Origin: Candidatus Hodarchaeaceae archaeon
Lineage (GTDB): Archaea; Hadarchaeota; Hadarchaeia; Hadarchaeales; Hadarchaeaceae
Length of the DNA stretch: 23,647 nucleotides
Direction of reading: 5' to 3'
Assembly (NCBI GenBank): GCA_030018135.1
Contig: JASEGJ010000017.1
Location: 1-23,647 of the forward strand
The first letter of the stretch is position 1, and each line of letters starts with the position of its first letter. A model generated the notes under the pieces. The model had not been told where the DNA came from, ran no database searches, and worked only from the letters and a program-made list of their open reading frames with translations. Of this stretch, positions 17,552 to 23,647 are shown one piece after another. The position numbers and the translations under genes were made by a program.

Positions 17552-18796
17552 TTGTCGGAGCTATTTGTATATTCCGCAGACCTGCATATCCATGGATGCT
17601 ACTCTGGTGCGACATCCAACCGCATGGTCATTAGCACAATCGCTCAACAGGCGAAACTCAAGGGTCTATCGTTTATCGGTACTGGCGATGTCTTGCATCC
17701 CAAGTGGTTTGAAGGCATAAAGGCGGATTTGACGGAGGTCGCAGAAGGCACGTATGAACATCCTAGGTATGGTACGAGGTTCGTCTTGACCGTGGAGGTT
17801 GAGGACAAGCGCAGGGTTCATCATTTATTTATTTTGCCCTCATTGAGCGCGGTCGAAGATTTACGGAAGGATCTTGCGAAGCATTCAATCGATATGGATG
17901 CAGATGGTCGAGCACGTGTTGAACTTAGCGCCCCCGAGCTGGTTGAGACCGCGACCGCACATGGCTGCCTTATCGGGCCATGTCACGCATTTACCCCTTG
18001 GACGAGCATGTACAAAGAGTTCGATAGCATACGGGCTTGCTATGAAGATCGAACGCGCGACATCAAGTTCTTAGAACTTGGTCTAAGCGCCGATACATTC
18101 ATGGCGGATCGAATAAGGGAACTTTCCGATGTGACATTTTTGTCGAATAGCGATGCCCACTCACCTTGGCCGGATAAGCTCGGCAGAGAATTCAATAGAT
18201 TTGCATTGGCCGAGCCGACATATGAGGAGATAATCAAGGCGATCGAGCGCAGGAATGGTCGCAAGGTGGTCCTCAACGTCGGTTTTGACCCCAGACTCGG
18301 AAAATATCATCGTTCGGCCTGTTCGCGGTGCTTTAAACAGTTCAAGCTTGAAGAGGCGAAGATGCTTGAGTGGCGATGCGACAAATGTAGGGGTTTGATT
18401 AAAAAGGGCGTCTGGGATCGCGTGAACGAACTTGCTGATTATCCGGAGCCGAGGCATCCACCTCATCGTCCGAATTATCTGCGAATAGCGCCCTTGGCGG
18501 AGGTGGTAGCATTGGCATTTGGTCACACTGACGCCCACGCCCCTGAGGTTCAAGACCTATGGGGCAAGCTCGTGAATCGTTTCGGAAATGAAATTGCGGT
18601 GTTGATAGATGCACCGATCGATGGTGTGGCTCAAGTCGCGGGCCGAAGGGTAGCCGCGATGGTTAAAGCGTTTAGGGAGCAACAGTTGAGGGTGATGCCG
18701 GGCGGAGGTGGTCGCTACGGTCATCTCGAGGTGCCGCCCGACTTGGTCGAGGTTCGAGAAAATTCGGGCCAAAAAACTCTGATGGAGTTTGGGTAA
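17552..18796 (+). CDS. endoQ: Endonuclease Q (PHP domain, deaminated-base repair)
   Basis: ADLHIH, GTGDVLHP, EVEDKRRVHH, HAFTPW, NSDAHS, LGREFN, LGKYH, CSRC...CDKC Zn finger, PGGGGRYG and C-terminal PIP box QKTLMEFG. TTG start at 17552 after GGAGTGGT. Confidence 0.93.
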   Translation: MSELFVYSADLHIHGCYSGATSNRMVISTIAQQAKLKGLSFIGTGDVLHPKWFEGIKADLTEVAEGTYEHPRYGTRFVLTVEVEDKRRVHHLFILPSLSAVEDLRKDLAKHSIDMDADGRARVELSAPELVETATAHGCLIGPCHAFTPWTSMYKEFDSIRACYEDRTRDIKFLELGLSADTFMADRIRELSDVTFLSNSDAHSPWPDKLGREFNRFALAEPTYEEIIKAIERRNGRKVVLNVGFDPRLGKYHRSACSRCFKQFKLEEAKMLEWRCDKCRGLIKKGVWDRVNELADYPEPRHPPHRPNYLRIAPLAEVVALAFGHTDAHAPEVQDLWGKLVNRFGNEIAVLIDAPIDGVAQVAGRRVAAMVKAFREQQLRVMPGGGGRYGHLEVPPDLVEVRENSGQKTLMEFG

Positions 18797-18929
18797 ATAT
18801 CCAAGTTTATTATTCCTTTGTGATCGGTCGACATTTTAGAGTTCTCCAAAGAAGCAAAAAAATTTTTGACTTCATTTCATCAATCAGGCTCGTGCAAAAA
18901 TCCTGAGTATTTCTTCAATCATCAAGATT

Positions 18930-18978
18930 GTTTATTTAGTGATAGCCACCAAGTTTATTTAGTGATAGCCACCAAGTT
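18930..18978 (+). repeat. Exact tandem duplication of a 23-bp unit (gtttatttagtgatagccaccaa x2 + gtt) containing a TATA-like TTTATTTA
   Basis: Copies at 18930-18952 and 18953-18975, just upstream of the ferredoxin ATG. Confidence 0.95.
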
Positions 18979-18994
18979 AAAGGTTTGGTGAAAA

Positions 18995-19204
18995 ATGAGG
19001 GTTGACGCGGCCATGTGCATCCTATGTGGTGCTTGCTCGGGCGTCTGTCCGGTTAATGTGATCGAGGTTTCAAGTACCCACGTGAACATCCAAGAGGGTT
19101 GCACTAGGTGTGGACTCTGCGCTAAGGTCTGTCCGGTGGGGGCGATTGGCTTCGGCGATCCTCGCTCAAAGCGAGTCAAAAGATTTCAAAGGAGACAAGC
19201 GTGA
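18995..19204 (+). CDS. 2[4Fe-4S] ferredoxin
   Basis: Two CxxCxxCxxxCP motifs: CILCGACSGVCP and CTRCGLCAKVCP. Confidence 0.93.
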   Translation: MRVDAAMCILCGACSGVCPVNVIEVSSTHVNIQEGCTRCGLCAKVCPVGAIGFGDPRSKRVKRFQRRQA

Positions 19205-19214
19205 GGGATAGCGG

Positions 19215-20402
19215 TTGAAGGAAAAATACGATGTCGTGGTCGTAGGAGCGGGTCCTGCTGGCTCGATGGCTGCCAGGGCGACTGCACGCGGAGGGGCAAG
19301 AGTTCTAATGCTGGACAAGCGGCGAGAACTCGGCGTACCGGTACAGTGCGGTGAGGCGCTAAACGAAGGCGTTCTGAAGGAGCTAAAGATCGCCCCGGAT
19401 CCCAGGTGGGCCCTCAACAAAACTAATGCAGTTAAGCTGGTCTCACCTTCGGGCATAGAAGTGCGAATAGTCGAGAAAGAGGTGATGGGTAAAATTGGCT
19501 ATATCCTTGACCGCAAAATCTTCGATAAACATCTTGCGATCCTCGCAGCGAAAGAGGGTGCAGATGTCATGGTCGGAGCACTCGCCACGGGCTTAATGAT
19601 AAAGGACGGTAGGGTAGCTGGCGTCAAGGGGGTTGGGGTTGGCGGAAAATTTGAATTTTTCTCAGACATTGTCATCGCAGCTGACGGTGTTGGATCTCGC
19701 GTAGCTCGATGGGCGGGGCTGAACACAGCTTTGAAATTAGTCGACATCGAGTCGGGTGCACAATTTCAAATGGTTGACATCGACTTTGAGTCGCAAACGA
19801 TGATGGAATTTTATTTCGGCAACAAGATTGCCGCTGGTGGGTACGCCTGGGTGTTCCCAAAAGGAGATCATATGGCGAACGTTGGATTGGGCGTCCTCGG
19901 AGGCCGCGCCGAGGGGCCAGCTATCGATTATCTTCGGGCTTTTGTAGAGAAGATGCCCAACCTCAGGAAGGGAAAAATTATCGAGATAAATGCGGGCGGG
20001 GTGCCCGTTAGCGGACCACTTGAGAGGACGGTCAAGGATGGGCTCCTTGTGGTAGGGGACGCAGCGCGGCAGGTGAATGCGCTCACCGGCGGAGGGATAG
20101 ACCATGCCATGCGGGCGGGAGACATCGCTGGCGAGGTCGCGGCCAAGGCGGTGAGTGAGGGCGACACCTCGGAGAAACGATTGATGGAGTATGAGAAACG
20201 GTGGCGCGAGCTTATGGGGAAACGGCTCGAGCGCTACCTCAAGGCGAAAAATGTGCTCGTGAGCCTGACCGACGATGACCTCGATAAGTTGGCTAAGGCC
20301 TTGAGCGAGGTAAAATTTGAGGGCATCAGCTTGACTGGCATGTTAAGGGTTCTGCTAAAGGCGCATCCGAAGCTCCTGTGGAAGCTCAGGGGCTTGATGT
20401 GA
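19215..20402 (+). CDS. Digeranylgeranylglycerophospholipid reductase (geranylgeranyl reductase)
   Basis: GAGPAGS FAD-binding motif, PVQCGEA active-site Cys, AADG, GYAWVFPK and VGDAA...TGGGI; adjacent ferredoxin. Confidence 0.92.
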   Translation: MKEKYDVVVVGAGPAGSMAARATARGGARVLMLDKRRELGVPVQCGEALNEGVLKELKIAPDPRWALNKTNAVKLVSPSGIEVRIVEKEVMGKIGYILDRKIFDKHLAILAAKEGADVMVGALATGLMIKDGRVAGVKGVGVGGKFEFFSDIVIAADGVGSRVARWAGLNTALKLVDIESGAQFQMVDIDFESQTMMEFYFGNKIAAGGYAWVFPKGDHMANVGLGVLGGRAEGPAIDYLRAFVEKMPNLRKGKIIEINAGGVPVSGPLERTVKDGLLVVGDAARQVNALTGGGIDHAMRAGDIAGEVAAKAVSEGDTSEKRLMEYEKRWRELMGKRLERYLKAKNVLVSLTDDDLDKLAKALSEVKFEGISLTGMLRVLLKAHPKLLWKLRGLM

Positions 20403-20620
20403 TGGAGACGATAGGCTGGATAGTCGTAGGCATCGTCGGTGTTGCGTTCGCGGCCGTCCTTGCTTGGCTGGGGATGCTTTGGATTACAATGAGGGCTGGG
20501 AAATCGATGACCGAAATGTTCAGGATCGGCACCAACAAGGAGGAGCTCGAGGGGGTAAGGCGGGAGCTCATCGAATTGCGGGAATCGATTGAGGATTTGA
20601 AGCGAAAATTAAGGCGTTAG
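20402..20620 (+). CDS. Small single-TM membrane protein with C-terminal coiled coil, function unknown
   Basis: The ATG at 20402 overlaps the GGR stop (TGATG). Hydrophobic stretch IGWIVVGIVGVAFAAVLAWLGMLWI, then heptad-like ELEGVRRELIELRESIEDLKRKL. Confidence 0.7.
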   Translation: METIGWIVVGIVGVAFAAVLAWLGMLWITMRAGKSMTEMFRIGTNKEELEGVRRELIELRESIEDLKRKLRR

Positions 20621-21928
20621 GCGCCTCCTATCGCGGGGAAAAATGACGGCCTCTCGAATATTTTCGATGCCAGTTAACACCATAATTAGTCTGTCGAGAC
20701 CTAAACCCCAACCCCCGTGCGGCACCATGCCGAGTCTATAGTTCTTTAAGTGAGACTCAAAGTGTTCCGGATTCAGCCCCTTCTGCTTCAACTGTTTAAC
20801 AAGAAGTTCCTCCCGATGAATGCGGGTCCCGCCCGAGGCCAGCTCGAGGTCCTTATACATCAGATCAAAAGCGTAACAGAGGTCCGGTTTGTCCTCACGG
20901 AGCTGAATGTAGAAAGGTTTGATTTTCAGTGGCCAATCCACGATAAAGTAAGCATCAGAAATAAGTTCGCCAAGCTTTCGTTCAGCTGGCGTGGGCAGGT
21001 CCTCGCCCCATGACACCTTGACTCCAGCATCATCGAGCATTTTCAGCGCCTCGTCGTAGGTGATCCTCGGAAATGGCGACTTTGGCTCGACCAGATCGTG
21101 CTTAAGCGTCTTCAGCTCCTCCCCGCATTCCTCCCTAACTCGACGGAAGACCAAGATGATGAGCTCCTCGAGTGTATCCATGACATCATCTTGGGTCGCG
21201 AATGCTGCCTCAATGTCGATCGACATCACCTCGTTCAGATGTCGCGTGGTGTCATGTTCCTCGGCCCGGAAGATCGGCCCTATCTCGAAAACCCTGTCGA
21301 AGCAGGCGGTGAGTACCTCCTTGTACAGCTGCGGACTTTGGCTCAAGAAAGCCTCACGCTCAAAATATGAGACCGGAAAAAGTGCTGCCCCGCTTTCGGT
21401 CGCCGTAGCAACGATTTTTGGTGTATTGACTTCCATAAAATTTTTTGAAATTAAAAATTCTCGCACCATTTGAAGCACTTTGTGTCTTATTTTAAATATC
21501 GCTTGCTGCCTAGGTCGGCGGAGGTCTAGGACGCGCGCGTCCAGGCGGGTGTCGAGATCTGCCCTGATACGGCCGCTTGGATCCAGCGGAAGGGGCGTCG
21601 CTGCCAAGTTCAATATCTTGATGTCATCTGGCACAACTTCGACGCCTCGGGGCGCTTGTTCCATAGCAACTACTTTTCCCCTCACAGCAACGCTCGACTC
21701 CGCAGTTAAGGCATCTATTTTTTCAAGCACTTTTTCGCTGACTTTTGCCCTAGGCGCAGTAATTTGGATGGACCCCCCGATATCGTGTAAAACGAAAAAT
21801 TTGAGACCCCCCATATCTCGTATATCCCCAACCCAGCCCATCAGGATTACTTCAGCACCTGCGAGCTCTGCAGTTATCTCCTTGGAAAGGTGGGTCCTCC
21901 GCCAGTCGCCTAAATGGTCAAGTTCCAT
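20609..21928 (-). CDS. aspS: Aspartyl-tRNA synthetase, archaeal type, probably non-discriminating
   Basis: OB-fold GWV...RDMGG, TRLDARVLDLR, LSQSPQLYK, FRAEEHDT.RHLNE and PHGGWGLGLDR motifs. Confidence 0.97.
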   Translation of the reverse strand: MELDHLGDWRRTHLSKEITAELAGAEVILMGWVGDIRDMGGLKFFVLHDIGGSIQITAPRAKVSEKVLEKIDALTAESSVAVRGKVVAMEQAPRGVEVVPDDIKILNLAATPLPLDPSGRIRADLDTRLDARVLDLRRPRQQAIFKIRHKVLQMVREFLISKNFMEVNTPKIVATATESGAALFPVSYFEREAFLSQSPQLYKEVLTACFDRVFEIGPIFRAEEHDTTRHLNEVMSIDIEAAFATQDDVMDTLEELIILVFRRVREECGEELKTLKHDLVEPKSPFPRITYDEALKMLDDAGVKVSWGEDLPTPAERKLGELISDAYFIVDWPLKIKPFYIQLREDKPDLCYAFDLMYKDLELASGGTRIHREELLVKQLKQKGLNPEHFESHLKNYRLGMVPHGGWGLGLDRLIMVLTGIENIREAVIFPRDRRRLTP

Positions 21929-21936
21929 GTTTAACC

Positions 21937-22455
21937 CTACTCGAATACGAGCTTGATGTTTTTATCGGTTAGCTTCGCGAATATCGATTGAATGGCATCG
22001 ATGCTCGCGGGGAGTCGCCTAACATGTGTACGAGGTATTCGCACTCGGTATTCCTCACGCTTACCTCCGCTGTAAAGAATATTCACCCCAAGGACTCGGG
22101 CCGGCGTTAGTATATCTTGAGCTTGCTTGCGGATGTCTGCACCCTCCTCAACGATGCGGATTTTCGTTTGGAGATGCTCGGTCAGCTCTCGGATGAGCTT
22201 GCCCCCCTTCCCGATGATGCTGCTTATTTCACCACGCCCCACAACCAGAGCCGTTAGGCCCACGGCATCGATCGCGCGTTTGAAATTTATCGCATTCATC
22301 CCGCGATATTTTTGTGCAAGCCCGAACAGGACACGGGAGACTTTAACGTCGAGTTCGGATATTTTGTTTTCCCTAAGCTTGCGCTCGCAGCCTTGGCACA
22401 ATATGCCGCTTTTGAGGCACACGCCGCAAATAGGCGCCTTCGTGATGAACCCCAA
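21937..22455 (-). CDS. NusA-like KH-domain transcription factor with N-terminal Cys cluster
   Basis: KAPICGVCLKSGILCQGC, KH motif IIGKGGKLIREL, and PARVLGVN. The start codon is uncertain. Confidence 0.82.
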   Translation of the reverse strand: MGFITKAPICGVCLKSGILCQGCERKLRENKISELDVKVSRVLFGLAQKYRGMNAINFKRAIDAVGLTALVVGRGEISSIIGKGGKLIRELTEHLQTKIRIVEEGADIRKQAQDILTPARVLGVNILYSGGKREEYRVRIPRTHVRRLPASIDAIQSIFAKLTDKNIKLVFE

Positions 22456-22497
22456 GTTAACTAGCTAGGCTAAAAATAAAAAGTGTCGGAAAGGCGA

Positions 22498-22785
22498 TCA
22501 TGCGCCCTTTCCGAGCACGATTTCTATGGTGGATACATTGCTTACCCTACTTTCAGCTTGGATCTCTTCAGTCCCAATTTTAATGTTTCGCACCGCCACT
22601 CCCTGCAAGAAGCGATTTCTGATGATTTCTGCGGCATCGACGGCCCTGCTAATAGCCCTACCACGTGCTTTGAGGGTAACTTCGTTTGCCCCTTCGTTGA
22701 ACTGCGTAATCACTGCCAATACGTAGTTCATCACTGGCTTTACCCCAACAAAAACGACATTTTCCGCTGTTTTCTCTTCAGCCAT
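22498..22785 (-). CDS. albA: DNA/RNA-binding chromatin protein Alba
   Basis: [22 protein letters not shown] and VSTIEIVL motifs; Shine-Dalgarno GGAGGCGG. Confidence 0.97.
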   Translation of the reverse strand: MAEEKTAENVVFVGVKPVMNYVLAVITQFNEGANEVTLKARGRAISRAVDAAEIIRNRFLQGVAVRNIKIGTEEIQAESRVSNVSTIEIVLGKGA

Positions 22786-22837
22786 TGGTTCCCGCCTCCT
22801 TGTTTGGTTGGATTTGCGGATTTTTCTAATTAGCGGG

Positions 22838-22855
22838 CTTAATAAATACCTTTCG
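22838..22855 (-). promoter_or_regulatory. BRE-TATA promoter of the alba/nusA-like/aspS block
   Basis: Minus strand CGAAAG-GTATTTATTAAG, about 55-70 bp upstream of the alba ATG. Confidence 0.65.
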
Positions 22856-23092
22856 ATTAGGACTAGGACGGCACTTGAGTTCGATTCATTTTAGCTTTGG
22901 GTGCAAGCGTCAGGGCACGAAGTGGTTAGATTTTTCCTGTAAAGTTTAACTTCGACGTAGATTTGATAATAACCGTTGATCGTCTCAAGCCCGACAAAGT
23001 GCTCAAGTCCCTTTCAAACATAAGCGGCATAAAGGGGACTTCTGCCAATTCGATTTTGATCCCGTTGATGGAATGAGGTGGAGTTCATCGCT

Positions 23093-23515
23093 TTATTTTA
23101 CAGGAATGAGTTTTGTTAGCCGCACCATACGCTCTTCGATGCCATCTCGCAGTTCTTCCAAATCCCCTTTGTCACGTACGAGCGAAGCGTAGCCTTGTAA
23201 ATCTTGGGCTAGGATTTCTGCTATTTCGGCATCGAGGATCCCTGCATAGATCGCTAGTTCAATGGTATAGAACGAGCGAATGATAGCATTTAACCCCTTT
23301 CGCCACCTCTTCCAAGCGCCTGGCCTCTGGATTCTTAGTTCCTCCGCCAGTTTCTCAAATGTCACACCATCTCCCCAGTAAAAAAGCAGCATCGCTTTGA
23401 ACACCCTTGGATCGAGATTAGACCTCTCTAGTAGGACACGGGCGAGTGCATCATTTTCTAACCACTTTTCCACCTGGACGATGGGTTTCCCGGGTATTTT
23501 ATCACCGTGAACCAT
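23093..23515 (-). CDS. Hypothetical archaeal protein with sigma70 region-4-like HTH
   Basis: LLERSNLDPR...VTFEKLAEELRIQRPGAWKRWRKGLNAIIRSFYTIEL, an HTH pattern followed by helical segments. Confidence 0.7.
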   Translation of the reverse strand: MVHGDKIPGKPIVQVEKWLENDALARVLLERSNLDPRVFKAMLLFYWGDGVTFEKLAEELRIQRPGAWKRWRKGLNAIIRSFYTIELAIYAGILDAEIAEILAQDLQGYASLVRDKGDLEELRDGIEERMVRLTKLIPVK

Positions 23516-23535
23516 GTACTCAAAACTATCTTTTA

Positions 23536-23558
23536 TTGTTTCCTAAATCGGGAAACAA
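23536..23558. promoter_or_regulatory. Perfect palindrome TTGTTTCC-N7-GGAAACAA upstream of the HTH gene
   Basis: 8-bp arms at 23536-23543 and 23551-23558, 21-43 bp upstream of ATG 23515. Confidence 0.5.
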
Positions 23559-23594
23559 ACATCATTCGGGAACGCTTTTTCATCTCAATTACAA

Positions 23595-23647
23595 TTAAGT
23601 CATTTCCCACAAGTCACGCCGTAGTTTAAAAACATCGGAGTCCCAGA
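23595..23647 (-). repeat. Right copy of the 53-bp inverted repeat (partner 2-54)
   Basis: Exact reverse complement of 2-54; encodes ...WDSDVFKLRRDLWEMT* on the minus strand. Confidence 0.95.

Noticed and set aside
18930-18978. Mini CRISPR array or TrmB (TGM) site, since it contains GTGATA
   Set aside because: There is no spacer between the units and no cas genes, and the TATCAC half-site is absent.
1358-21928. Inteins or programmed frameshifts in ppsA, priS, priL, the rSAM gene or aspS
   Set aside because: Protein lengths are normal and no internal splice-junction motifs or broken frames were seen.
22859-22900. GTTCGATTC resembling a tRNA T-loop
   Set aside because: No acceptor stem, D arm or anticodon arm could be folded around it.
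1-23647. Linear virus/plasmid or casposon with terminal inverted repeats
   Set aside because: The content is core chromosomal. There is no protein-primed PolB, Cas1, capsid or packaging gene, and the repeat length fits assembly stubs at a multi-copy element.

Overview
Archaeal chromosomal contig of mostly core genes. Gene order and the Thermococcales-type PriL, Rpa3 and DUF2067-like genes suggest a Hadarchaeota-like euryarchaeal lineage (inference only). From left to right it contains: an IS6-family transposase; a minus-strand block of ppsA, nre (C-terminal PIP box) and an SPL-like radical SAM gene with an unexpected ~85-aa N-terminal HTH domain; a long plus-strand information-processing superoperon (dph2, METTL5-like methyltransferase, csl4, mini-DUF2067, rpoL, DUF99/Endo dU, sec11, NUDIX, tfs, rpa3, pcn, priL, priS, gins15, rpl44e, rps27e, aIF2alpha, nop10, PAC2, endoQ); ferredoxin, geranylgeranyl reductase and a small membrane protein; and a minus-strand block of an HTH protein, alba, a nusA-like gene and aspS. 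The most striking structures are a perfect 53-bp inverted repeat at the two window ends, each encoding the C-terminus of the same ORF, and the HTH-radical SAM fusion next to nre. There is also a 23-bp tandem duplication of a TATA-like element and several promoter-overlapping palindromes. No rRNA, tRNA or CRISPR array was found. All family assignments come from motif recognition, not database searches.
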